Source of the DNA: Lama glama
Lineage: Eukaryota
Assembly: GCA_028534125.1 (NCBI GenBank)
Contig: CM052816.1
Span: 45,634,001-45,698,000 of the forward strand
Direction of reading: 5' to 3'
Length of the DNA: 64,000 nt
Shown here: positions 25,331 through 38,419 of the stretch, piece by piece
Layout of the letters: each line of letters starts with the position of its first letter
How positions within the stretch are numbered: the first letter of the stretch is position 1
The notes under the pieces: generated by a model
The model's input: the letters and a program-made list of their open reading frames with translations, nothing else
Told to the model about the DNA's origin: nothing
Databases searched by the model: none
Position numbers and translations under genes: made by a program

Positions 25331-27589
25331 CAATATTTATCCACTAAATTGAAATCTGTGACATTGTGAACTCATGTTAGGATATACCAAGTGGAAGATC
25401 CCTCTGTCTCTGCTCTAACATTAAACAGTCATAGTCTTTTCTAAACATTTGTGAAAGGACACCACACTGGCTTTCTTTCCTGTTTCAATGCAATTTTGCC
25501 ACCATCTGTAATATTCTCCCCTCTACCTTGAAATGAACAATGACCAGTGAGGAAATGTAGGACACACAGACAAACCAAAACTGTCTTCACAACAGAACAA
25601 AGCAGGGCAGGAGAACACAAAGATTCAGTGTTCTGAAAAAGTTAACGCCCATCTGATTTTCATAAGGAATCTCAATATTATATGTTTTTAAATTAGCCTG
25701 GCATTAGTTCCTTTCTCTTACTTTTTTCCTGGATGCCTAGCTCTTTCTTCCCTTCTGAAAATCTGGTATTTGCTAATTTTATTCCTCACTTGTATTACTT
25801 AGCACACAAACATACTAAAATTCCATTTATAAAACAATATGCACCAAAACAATACATTATAATAATCACTGAATTCTAAATCCTGTTTATCTAGGATATT
25901 ACCTCCCTCACATCTTGCCTCTTATTAACAAGTACGCTAGGAAAAGTAGAAAGTATAATATACTCTGAATTAAAGGGAATAGTCTTCTACTTTAACTTTT
26001 AATAAGTCTGTAGAAACAGAACAGAATAAAATAAGTAAATGAGAATAAGGACCCAATAGATGACATGTATTGAAAAACATGAGAATTCAATTGATTTTGC
26101 AGTAATCAACTTTCATATAATACCTTTCACCAATTTAAATGTTAACTTTGTCTTTTTAAGTTTCACAATAAACAGTTGCACAACCTCTGTGAATGACAGG
26201 ACAAGGTGAAAAGACAAACATTATTGAAGGGATACATTGACCTTTTAGCTTCAGCTGTTGCCTTGCCAATGCCACAGCAAGCATCTTCCCATGGTGCAAC
26301 CACCAGGTAATTCATACTGAAAATGTGATCCTAATGGAGCAAGGTTTTCAAGTTTAGAATTACTTGAATTCTATTACATTTACTAAAGGGCATTCTAAAA
26401 CTATAGAATTACTCCTGTGGAACATGAGAAGTTTCATTTATATCATCAATTATTCAGCCTCTAAGAATTCTTAATCTGTGTTATTTGTATTTGGCAAGTA
26501 CTACCAAAAAAATGGCCTTTTCCTTCTTCCATACCAGAACAGAATTTAAATGTGCAACTCTCAAAAACAAAATAATCTAATGTTACAAATTGAGGAAATG
26601 CTAAATACTTTACAATGATAAAGAAAATGGTCTCCTTATTCAGACTATAAGTAATGTTTCTTACCTTTATTTTTTACTTACTTTATAATTTTAAGGAATA
26701 TATTTTACTTTATTCATCTTTAAATAACATATATACTTGTGGTACAACATTAAAAAGGAAAAAAGTAAACAGTACAAAGTAAGTCTCTCTCCCACCAGTC
26801 CACACCTGCCATATGCTGCTTCCACCCAGAGTCCATTATAGTAACCAACTTCACCTGTCTCTCAAGAGAGACTATATGCCTATATTAAGAAGTATGTCTA
26901 TAGGAGAAAATTCCTGCAGCAAATTCTGTTTTCTTGTACCTATAGACTACAGAAATCAACATATTTTTTCAAGCCAGTGGTTAATAGAGAGATAGATACT
27001 AGGCTTCCATGTAGACACTCATGAGGGGAACATGTTTATTGTTTTAACTACACACCATCATCATTGTAGATCTCATCAATAAAACGACAGTTTCCACTGC
27101 CTTTTACTACACTTATCCATTCTGCCTTTTGGCTCAAAAACTGCACTGCTATTGATCTCTCCTCTTCTATCTGTGTAAGTGTATATAATTTTTTTCAAAA
27201 AAAAAAAAAGCCCTTTACCGTAAGGTTTCAGGTCATATACGTAGACCCAGCATTAAAAGTGTATACCTAAAGCTCGTATTTCCCCAATTTTCTTAAATAT
27301 TCAAAGTGACTTTAATCCTGTCTGTCATGGTTTTAACCAAACATTCTAAAGTCTCCCATTAAGTGATACCAATGGTTTACTTTTATCAGTTTCATATTTT
27401 CAACTAGTTAATTTTCTTAATCATTCACCTACCTTTGCATTAATCATACATTAGGAGTCAAAATACCTGGGATCTAGTCCCTAATTGGGTGATGGTTTTA
27501 GGGGGGTTCACTGTATTATTCCTCCTACTTTTGCATGTGTTTAAAATTTTCCATAATAGAAAAGCTTTCATTAAAAAAATCTTTAAAGG

Positions 27590-28075
27590 CTCCTAACTGA
27601 ACTTAAAATAAAATACAAACTTCTTATCATGGACCACAACACCCAATATAAACACATCTTATCTTTTCTGTCAAATACCACTCTCCTGCTTACGTACTAA
27701 GCCACACTGGTGCTGCAGAGCCTTGAATGAGCCAAGCCCTTTCCCACATCTGTGCCATGGCTGGTTGCTCTTGAAGCCTAGGATTCTCTTCTCTCCCACC
27801 TTCACATGGCCCTTTTTTAAAATCTGTTACGTTTTTGAGTAAATGTCACGACCTTTCTATTCTCTGTACGTATAGAAACTTGTCCTCTGATATCCTCCTC
27901 TCAGCCTTTTGTCTTTCATTGCACTCATCACAATTTGCACTTATTCCGTCTCTCTCCTTACAACAAAATCACTTTCAGGACAATGAACTTGCCCATCTTG
28001 GATATCTCTGCATTCCCAGCACCCAGCACAGTCCTTGGCATACAATAGGTCATCAAGATATGTTTATTCAATGAG
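27590..28075 (+). mobile_element. L2 3' fragment
   Basis: Ends tctgcattcccagcacccagcacagtccttggcatacaataggtcatcaagatatgtttattcaatga. Confidence 0.7.
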
Positions 28076-29774
28076 AAAACGAGGAAGGAATAAGTTAACC
28101 CATCCTTTTAGAGTAGTGGGAAGACAGGGAAAATACAGCGTCGTAAAGGAAAGCAAGAGAGTCTCTTCCAAACTCCCTTGCCTTACTTAATTTTTATCAG
28201 GACCAAACACAGTGGTCTTAACATGGACTGTGAGACTCATAGCATGGCAACAGACATGAGGCTTATCCATATTAAAAATTTTTAAAAGTATCCAAATCTT
28301 GAAGGTAAGGAAAAACGCATGTGGCCTGTACTTTCAATATCATACTGGGCACAGATCTGCCCAAAATTTAAAGAAATGTACTTTGTTTCACTCAACAATT
28401 ATTTACTACTGATAAAAGGTTTCAGACTTAGTGAAATTACATGTAAATTTAGAAATTTTCATATGGTAAAAGTGCCAATAATTTTTGTCCAGTGAAGTTG
28501 ATAATCTAAAGGTCACAGTTTTATTGCCCAGTAGGACATTAACCAGCTTTATAAGTAGCCTAGAAATCTTAACATTCCTTTGTTAATTTTCTATTACATA
28601 CTTAGCTCCTCAAAAGCTCTTGGAGCCAGTATTAATATCCTACTGGTTCCCTCATTAATCAGTTGAACAAAATATTTGATACGTGCTTATTTTATATCTG
28701 TACGAGTTATGCTTATAAACTTTTATGAAGCATACTTTACTACAGTAATCTGCTTTGTTTTGTTTTTTTCGGAAGTGTAACAATGACAGAACAAGTCACC
28801 CTGGCACACACATAGGACTTTGGTTCCATAACCATATCAGTAAACAATCCTACAGTTTGGACCAGTATTTCCGGGAAAAGAAACATGTCACTGAACACAA
28901 ATGAGGTAAGTAAATACCTGATATAATACATAAAATCTGATTTCTATCTTATTTTCAATTATTTATTTTCCCATGAGATCATGTATTCTCATTTTCATAA
29001 GTCACCAAATAAGCAGACCACAAAAACCACTCAAGATGCTCATATTCGGATTACAAAATGCCCACCAGAGAAAAAGAACGAACAGTATACAGGTGCTTCA
29101 ATTCCAGAGCTATGTGGGGCTCTCAAAGATTACAGGTTTCAATCGTGCTCTCTCAACTCCACTTTGGCAAAACGCAAAATGAAAGATTCACTATACTAAA
29201 TCCTTCGAAGAAAATTCAAAAGCAGTAAATCAAGTCAAGATTTGTTCATGCAGCTGCCAGATCTGAAAGGTATCTCTGTCAAGAAGAAGTAAGACACACT
29301 TGGCTTTTTGCTCCTCTGAAATAAAAGAATCGTGTGTCTAAAGGAAGGTTTCTTGAACCACCATTAGATGGCACCCCTCCATCTTCAAAAACAATCAATA
29401 AACAACAATTTCTCAAATTGTGAAAAGAGGTCATAAGAATTTAAAGACAGACTTTTGCCACCTGTAACTCTTTGCAGACAAATGCAATTTTTAATCCTCC
29501 ATTGAACTCAAACACAAAAATCACGAAAGCAACTTTCTTGAAATTGGGAGCTCACTAAAAACAGCTCTAACTAGTTCTAGTCTTTCCTCTGAGATTCAGT
29601 ATTACCTAAAAAAAAGGGGGGGGGGTCTCTCAGTCACTTTGTGTGGGTTTCTTTCAATTCTGTACCTACTTACTGGGTATCACCTGTTTTTACGGAGAAT
29701 TGAGGCACTTTTATTTTCTAAATGAATTATTTGCATTCGTGGCAGGTAAGAGAGAAAGCTTCATGTTATAAATC

Positions 29775-30020
29775 CAGAGGTTTCAACTCAAAGAGACCTA
29801 GGGATGTGTGTTTTTTAGCCTAAACTGTGTTTCCAAAGATACTAAAATGATTTCTGCCAAGATCGAAAATGTAAAAATTCTGCATTTTTTAAAAAGACTA
29901 TTTTGAAAAATTACGGAACTGGTAAATCTAAGTCCAGATTTTTACATGACCTCAACTGGCTGGATCTGAGCAGCAACGTTACTTAGAGTATTCGCTCTCC
30001 AGGACCTGCCAGTGTCTCCT
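29775..30020. mobile_element. MER102-like hAT relic
   Basis: caactggctggatctgagcagc...cgctctccag resembles recalled consensus; degenerate. Confidence 0.45.
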
Positions 30021-33000
30021 CAGACTAGGGTCAAAAAGGAAAGTAAAATATTTCTTATATTTGTGCCATTCAAAGATGGAAAAACAGGCACAAGGGTGTG
30101 CCCACACATATTACGCATGCACACGTACACAAATTGTGGACTGCCTCCCAGCAGAGTCCCAGGAATTTTATTTTACAGGACAATGGGAAAGCATTCCTAG
30201 AATACCTCGGCTTCCTGCCATAAATGTTCAGCTCTAGCTGAACACCGCCAGCGCCCCTGGGGGCGCTGAGCCCCGAGGCACCGCTGAAGCAGAAGGTTAG
30301 TACTACCTCGGGAGTCAGACTTGGGCTCCACTCTAGTCACAGCCATCTTCCCAGCTATGTGACTTTGGACAAATCAACTCGCTTCTCTGGGCCTCGAGTT
30401 CTCTCAACTGCTAAAGGGAGGGAAAATGAAACGACAGCTGGCAGGGGAATACATTTAGTTCTTTGGCCTCGCCCAAATTTTGTTAAGATAAAGTAGTTTC
30501 TTTAAAATAACTACACTGTCTAAATATGTAATGTTCAGATAAATTAGGTAAAATGCTAGAAGATTACCTATGGACCAGCTGAATAATTCCTCTTTCCCAT
30601 TTGTAAGGTAACATGCAGTCTGTTGTCACTTCCAGCAGTCATTTTCTAATTTAAACAAATTACTCTTTAGATATTCAATCTCTTCAATTAACAATTTTCA
30701 AATTTTCCACAGCACCTCATGAACTTTACAAAATTTTAATGCTAAAGTAAAAAGCTTAATTTGAGACCAAATATTCGAACACCTTCTACTCTGCCCTCAA
30801 ATTCTATAATCCTCCACACTTTGAAACCTGTAAAACCTAAGACTGGATGACAAACATCTCCATTCCAGGAAATCTGAAGCCAGTGACCTCACAATATTAA
30901 TTTATTTCTCCATCTGTCTCACCCACACGGAACATGTGAGAAATAGATTTCATGTCAGTGTGCTACAATGTTCTGTCTATATATTTGTCTCTAAAGGAAA
31001 TCAATGAGATTAAGCTTCTTTCACTGGCTAATTACACAGAATGGTTTACAAATAAAAAGCATCATGATAAAGCTGAAAATACATTTTTATAAAGTTCTAT
31101 AATGCTTGGTAAGATTACAAATATCTATCAAGCAGACCAAAATTTCCAAATGCTAAAATACTCGTCACTGATGTCATTAAACACTGTTAAGAACCCTCCA
31201 GAAGCACCACTAATGCCAGAATAAACTCATTTCAGGCTGAATTTTTACTGATAAAATTGTTAATAATATCTACCAGAACATTTCAAAATTTTAAGTCAAA
31301 GTCTGAAATTTGTCCAGTTCAGGAAAAGTCTATACAAGTTTATCATTAATAGATCAGTGAGATAGGTCTGTGCTATAGAAAACATTATGCAAGGTCTTCT
31401 GATTTTTAATTATAAATACTGTATTTGTTAGGACTGATTTAAACTTACCTTTACAGAGAAGCAAATGCCTTATAACATATTGACTTTACTCTTTATTGCT
31501 TTCATGAATATCCTATGTAACTGTGTCTGTAATTTTCTCAAAGCATTCTTTTTAGCTCATCTAATTTTTTTCTTCTCTTACCTTACATTTCCACTCTTTT
31601 GGGGCTTTTACGGTCATGATCCACTGCCTACACATGTTCCAAAATTAAATGGTTCTCTTCTTTCTTCCTCTTAATGAATAAAGTGTTTGTTTTTGTGGTT
31701 TTAAACGGAGCCCAAACTTTGTTTCAGTACTATGCTGGGGATTGGGAGGATAACGGAGTTGGATGTGATTACAATTTTCTCATGGCTCTGATGTGATGAA
31801 AATTATTAATTCCTTGGGATCCTTAGTATATAACAAGTATAAACCAGTCTAAAACACCCAGTGTGCAAATATATCACCATGCCATTATTTCTCCAAGTTA
31901 TATGCTATCCAAGACTCCACGTACCACATTGGAAAAAAGTCCAGTTTCACCTCCTGGAGGTCCTTTATTTATATGCTCCAAGAATTCCAGTGCTTATGCA
32001 CTCTTAAAGGAGGTCCGGTGTCTCCCAGTCCCGAGGCTTCAGCTGCCCCTGAGCCTCAGAACCTGGTGCTCTGTCTGCACCTGGTCCTCCTCCATCTGCT
32101 GGGTCTGCTGTATCAGGCTGTGGCCCTACTGCCACGTAGGCCCCAGCTCCTGGCCATGACACAGGTCAGCATTATTTTCAGAGGAGTGTTACCTACTGAC
32201 TATACCACTTCTTCAGTGCTATCTTCAGCCCTCAGAGTCCCTAACCAGCTCCGTCCAGCCACAGGGCTTAGTGTCAAGTCCTCTTAAGAGTGTAGTCTTT
32301 TCATTCACGTAGACAGGTTTGAAAGAGCTTAAAGGAAACCCACGTGTGGCATGTGGACCCTACTGATGTGCTGTAGGTGTGTCTAACATTCATTTACCCT
32401 TCAACAACATTCAAAAAATACTTACTGAGTCTCTACTAAGCACCAGGCATCGTCTAAGGCCTGAGCACGCGGCAGTAAACATGACCAAAACCAACACATT
32501 AGAATAGAATTTCATTTGGATTTTTCTCCTACGTAAAGAAAAGGTAAATCTTCATTAGATCAGTTTTTGCCACCTTCTACACTAGTGTGTAAACAGTCAC
32601 TGGAAAATGAATTATACATCTTAGTAAATTCAAAATTAGAGTAAGGTTTATTCTTCTTTGCTTTCATTACTGTATCCGAATGTCCATCAATATTAACTGC
32701 CTACCTTTAAAATTTTATACTTCGAACACTTTAGGGGTTTTATTTCCTTTCGCTCAAAATTCTCTCTTCCTTCATTACGACAGACTATTCCCAAAATGGA
32801 ACGCCCATATTCCTAAGAATAATCCAACCACATATGTTTGGACCCTATTCTTTGGTGTTTCTTTAAGACCTTACTCCTAACAGTCTACCTCCCCTCTTCC
32901 TTCCCCTCTCCTTTCCTCTCTCCCGCCCTCCCTGTGCCCCAAATGCAGTCTTCTTACCTACAAATAATTCCCTATCCTCAGCCTTGCCTCCTCTTCAAGC

Positions 33001-33701
33001 TTCTCCCTCAACTCTATCCTTTCCTTCAATATCAAATTTAAACTTTCCCTCTGAAAGATCTCAACGTTTCCTAGTTCCTATAAAAGATTCCCAATTCTAA
33101 CTCCTAAACTCTCATATAAGCTCCAATCAATATTCCCCAAAGTGTACTCTGCTCAATGCTATGCCCACATTTTGACCAGACTAAAGAATTTTGCTGTGAA
33201 TTATGTGTAAGAAATAAATTTGTATGGATACTGTACATACCTTCCTAAATACTTAAAATACTTTAAGCAAATAACAAGCACCAAAAAGACCTAAACAGAG
33301 ACTTAACTTTATTTAATACATTATTTCCCAAGCCTATAACAACCACAGAACAATATTCCCTTATTGATATCTATGTACATCCTGCAGAACTAGACTCATA
33401 TTGTCAACTACCTAGACACTTCCATCTAGCTACCCCCCAGTTTCCAGTAAGCTACACTTCCCAACCTTCCCCCTCTGTCCCCTGCCTCTGCATCCCCATA
33501 GCAGAGACAAGTTGAGCACTTCTCTTTTATAAATCGCTTATAATATTATTCTTTGACTTGAAATCCGTCATCTACTACTCTCTGGTCTCCTTAAGGGAAG
33601 TCATGCTTTATTTATCTTTGCATCCTCCTCTGCATTGAGCCTAATCATATTTCAAATCATTGATCAATACTTTTTTAATATATATTTAAAAGAAGAAAGT
33701 A

Positions 33702-33918
33702 CAGATAATCCTTGAACAACATGGGTTTAAACGGCATGGGTCCACGTATATGCGATTTTTCAATAAATACTACAGTACTACACAACCTGTGGCTGGCTGA
33801 ATCCACGGCTGCAGAACCGCAAATACAGAGGGCTGATGATGGGGACCTGAGTATCCGCAGATGTTAGGATCCGCGGTGGGTGCTGGAACCAATTTCTCGC
33901 AATACTAAGGGATAACCG
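33702..33918. mobile_element. Tigger-family (TcMar) MITE
   Basis: TA|cagataatccttgaacaacatgggttt...aagggataaccg|TA: imperfect TIRs with TA duplication. Confidence 0.8.
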
Positions 33919-33934
33919 TATATCACACAGATTT

Positions 33935-34180
33935 ATAAACACTAGTTTTAAGGTCACACTGCTTAAGTTAAATCCAGGTTCAGTCCTTACTCTCTGCGAT
34001 AGCTTGGCAAGTGGCTTAGTGTCTCTGAAGCTCAGCTGTATCTAAACCTCAGATTTCTCATGAAAATGAGAGATTACATCATTTATGTCAAAGGCTAGTT
34101 GTGAGGATTAGATGAAATAATATGTAACACTCTTAGCACACTGCTTAGCTGAGAGTACCTACTCAGTAACTGTGCATTAT
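33935..34180 (+). mobile_element. MIR SINE
   Basis: ttggcaagtggcttagtgtctctgaagctcag...gttgtgaggattagatgaaataatatgtaa..cttagcaca. Confidence 0.7.
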
Positions 34181-34760
34181 TTTTCATTCACCCAATTCAT
34201 ATTAACAAAGTCATAACCTCCACAAGGATGTATCAAGAAGGACTTCAGGCTGAAATTATTTTTAGCAACTAAGACAAGAATTCACTTCAAATGTCACTGA
34301 TTAGTTGACTTTTTAAATCATTTCTAATTCCCAAATGGCTAGTTAAGTAATGAGTCATTAGCAGGTATGCCTTTCCTTCAGCAGGTCTCTAGTTATTTTG
34401 GCCCTTTATATTGGTTTGCTTAATCCCTCTCTAATTTAAGGTGAACAATTTTAACTACTTTGTCAATATAGTAACAATGGTAGATAATCTTTGTGCAAAG
34501 CCCCATTTTTTAAGAAATAATATATGAAAGCAATATGAAGTCATTAAAAATCTTTTATAAAAAAATTTATAGGCATGAGAAAATGTTCCCAGATAAAAAG
34601 TAGGACAAATACAATATCATATTATGATAGCATATTTAAGTGTCCATTTTCACAAATAACAGTAGTTAAATGAATACGTAACATGGGTGATATGAGTCTA
34701 CTATTATAGCAAGTCGGAATTAAAGTGCATTATTCCACTTCAAAATTGGATGGAGCCACT

Positions 34761-35296
34761 TGCAACAAGTTATAGATAGATGCAAAGTCTTTACTACTCC
34801 TTCCTTGAAGGTGGAATCTAATTCCTCTTTTCTTGAATCTTGGCCTTAGTGATTTGCTTGACCAATAAAATGCAACAGAAATGTGACATTCTGGATCTTC
34901 TGAGGCTACGTCATAAACTGTTTTGAAACTTCTGCCCAGTCTTTTTGAAATGATTGGCCCAGCGGAAGCTAACCATGACTTAGGACATCTGACTCCCTTG
35001 ATTGGGGCTGGCATGTTTTGAGGAAGCTCGAACTAGTCATACAGAAAGGCTGCATGGAAGGAGAGATACTTGGACAACTTCTAGTTGTCCACACGTCATG
35101 TCCAGACATGACATCACAACCCAGACCAGCGTGTGAATGACCTCAGCCACTATCTAGCTTTAATTCTACGGTGGACCCCAAGCAAGAAGAGCCCCTAAGC
35201 CCTTCTAAACCCAGAGCTGTGCAAGATAATCATAAATTAATTTCAGTCACTAAGTTTTGGGGCAATTCACTTATACAGCTATAAATAACTTCAGTA
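34761..35296 (+). mobile_element. MaLR LTR (MLT1F/H-like)
   Basis: gatttgcttgaccaataaaatgcaacagaaatgtgac...cactaagttttggggcaatt...cagctataaataac. Confidence 0.75.
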
Positions 35297-36446
35297 TCTC
35301 TGTTCATGATCCTGCCATTTTAATATACATTAATTCCCCAAATCTAATGTGTGTCATTTTAATTCTCATTACATAATTATTTAAACTAATGAAGAATATA
35401 TTATGAAATATCATAGAGCATATTTTAAATGAATTTTATGATGTAATATGTTAATCTAAAATAAAATACTTTACATAAAAAATAAATACTAACCATACAA
35501 ATACATTTATGTATACAAGTGAGTGTCCACATAGAAAAGTACTGGAAGTACAGTGGTGAACTTTAAGTAAAAAAGTTTAAAGATATTGTGCTGTTTCTTT
35601 GTCCTTTTCTATGTTTTCCCAAGTCATTGCATTTGAATATGTTTTACTTCGGTCATTTCTGATTCTGTTTTTGAAAAGCAAAATACCAAGAAGTAGAAGT
35701 CTGAAACTAAACCCTAAAACTAAGATCATTTAACACACCCAACCTAACACTAGAACTGTAGATACAAACTACAATCCAAGAATTACAATCCCAGAATTAC
35801 ATGAATGTATCAAAATAGGGAACTTCTAGATATGTTCAGTACCTAAGTGTTTTTATAAAATAAAAAAGGTTGAAATACCATTTAATTAGAACAAGAATAT
35901 CGACAAACAAATCTCTCATCATCTTTGTACTTTTCCTAAGCTCTTTTCTTCCTTATTTTCCATTCTCCATTTTCTTCTTCCAGGGGCAATGCATGACTTG
36001 AGAACACAGTTTCCCCCACACACATGAATTTCACGTCCTTCTATGAAATCCTTTACACCCAAAACTTTCCTTTGAAGAAAATTCACGAGTGAAAAGGAAG
36101 TCTTCAATAGAACTCACTGTGTGTATAAACTTCCGTATCTTTCATCTCTTGATTTTGCCTGAGGAGATCTGGTGTCATGAACTGAAATACAAGGAGATTT
36201 TTCTGATAATGCAATGACTGTCTCAGACTTGCTTCTTTTTTTATTTTGCCTTTGATCAATGCGTCCAGGGTATAGAATACTTTGAAGTTATACCACCCAC
36301 TTTGCCCTCACTTTCTAGCATATAATTGTCCCTTCCTTCAATCATAAAATGTATCTAATTAATTGGCTTTTTTTAAAAAAGATGTATCATTTTTCTCTGT
36401 GTTTTTTTACAATTCATGAAAAACAAAGTTTCTTAAGTCTTATTTT

Positions 36447-37400
36447 ATATATATACATATTTTTATTGAAGTATAGTAAGTTTACAATGTGGTGTCAATT
36501 TCTGGTGTACAGCACAATACTTCAGTCATATAGGAACGTACATATATTCGTTTTCATATTCTTTTTCACCATAGATTACTACAAGATATTAAATATAGTT
36601 CCCTGTGCTATGCAGTATAAACTTGTTTATCTATTTTATGTGTATTAGTTAGTATCTGCAAATCTAGAACTTGCAATTTATTCCTTCTTATCCCCTTCCC
36701 CCTCTGGTAACCATAAGTTTGTTCTCTATGTCTGTGAGTCTGTTTCTGTTTTGTAAATAAGTTTACTTGTCTTTTTTTTTTTAGAGTCCACATATCAGTG
36801 ATATTATATGGTATTTTTCTTTCTCTTTCTGGCTTATTTCACTTAGAATGACATTCTCCAGGTCCATCCATGTTGCTCCAAATGGCATTATTTTATTATT
36901 GTTTATGACTCAGAGTATTCCATTGTACAAATATGCCACAGCTTCTTTATCCAGCCATCTGTCAATAGACATTTTGGTTGTTCCCATGTCTTGGCTATTG
37001 TAAATAGTGCTGCTATGAATATTGGGAGGCATGTGTCTTTTTGAATCAAGGTTCCCTCTCGATATATGCCCAGGAATGGAATTGCTGGATCGTATGGTAA
37101 GTTTATTTTCAGTTTTTTGAGGACTCACCATACTGTTTTCCATAACAGCTGTATCAAATTACATTCCACCAACAGTGTAGGAGGGTTCCCTTTTATTCAG
37201 ACCCTCTCCAGCATTTCATCATTCATGGACTTTTGAATGATAGCCATTCTGACTTGTGTGAGGCAATACCTCATTGTAGTTTTGATTTGTATTTCTCTGA
37301 TAATTAGCAATTCTGAGCATTTTTCCTGTGCCTATTAGCCATTTGTATGTCTTCATCGGAGAAGTGCTTGTTTAAGTCTTCTGCCCATTTTTGTATTGGG
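36447..37400 (-). mobile_element. 5'-truncated, relatively young LINE-1 (ORF2 C-terminal part + 3'UTR)
   Basis: L1 3' end (ttttattgaagtatag...) and ORF2-end sequence; 12-bp TSD aagtcttatttt (36435-36446, 37401-37412). Confidence 0.92.
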
Positions 37401-37499
37401 AAGTCTTATTTTTCTAACTTTAAATTTTAACTTCATCCTATTTTAAATCCAGATTTCCATTTAAACTTACAAAATCAACTGAAAGGGCTGAGGTCATGA

Positions 37500-38025
37500 G
37501 AAGTTAGTTAGATCAGGAGTCAAAGTTTTACAAGAAATGGCTTACTTGAATTTCTCTTCTAACTTGGACTTGCTTTCCCATAATCATAGCACATCCCTGC
37601 CCACTCTAAATATCTCCCATTTCCCTAAGTTCAGCTACCCCCATAACTCCTTATTCACTTGTGATTTAGAATATACTGGAAGCACTGCAACACAAAACAT
37701 GACTGACAGGGCAAGTGGTCAATTCCTGCTTCTTGAATCACCTTCTCATGTGGCCTCCTGATGCCACATTCATCTGGTTTTCCTTCATACTCACTAGGTC
37801 CCCTTCAGCCTCCTTTGCTAGATCCCTGTCTTCTTCCCAATGTCTACGTGAGCAAATATTCCAGATCCCAGGCCCACGCCTCTTCTCCACCTGCACTCAC
37901 TCCCACTGTGAACTTCTTCACCTCACTGCTCTAAACACAACCTTCCAGATTTACATCTCCAGCCTAACTTCTCCCCTCAATTTCAAATTCATGTAGTCAA
38001 CAGATTATCTGACATCCCCAGGTGT
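37500..38025 (+). mobile_element. L2 fragment
   Basis: Pyrimidine-rich ...ttccagatttacatctccagcctaacttctcccctcaatttcaaattcatgtagtcaac. Confidence 0.6.
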
Positions 38026-38419
38026 AGGTAATTGTTTAATCTAATTTTTATTTTCAGAATATATAGTGCACTTACATGCATACAGGCTTAAACTTACACT
38101 ACAACAAGGTATATTTAGAGAATTCTCATTTCCATCCACCTATTCCTTTTCTTCCCCTATAGATAACCATTTTTACCAGCCCTCAAATCATGTTGCCAGT
38201 GTTTCTTTTGCAAACAACTATATACTAGGCACACAAAATGAAACAAGGTGACTGTATTATTAAGTGGTGATATAATCACACAGACAAAATAATTATTTCT
38301 AGTGCCTTTAGAACATAGTATTTTGAAGGTCTGACCTTAGCAGAATACATTCAAAGGACAACTACAGCTGCAAAAAAGCTTATATTTCATTCAATATTCT
38401 TATTGTCAGTGGTTAATAT

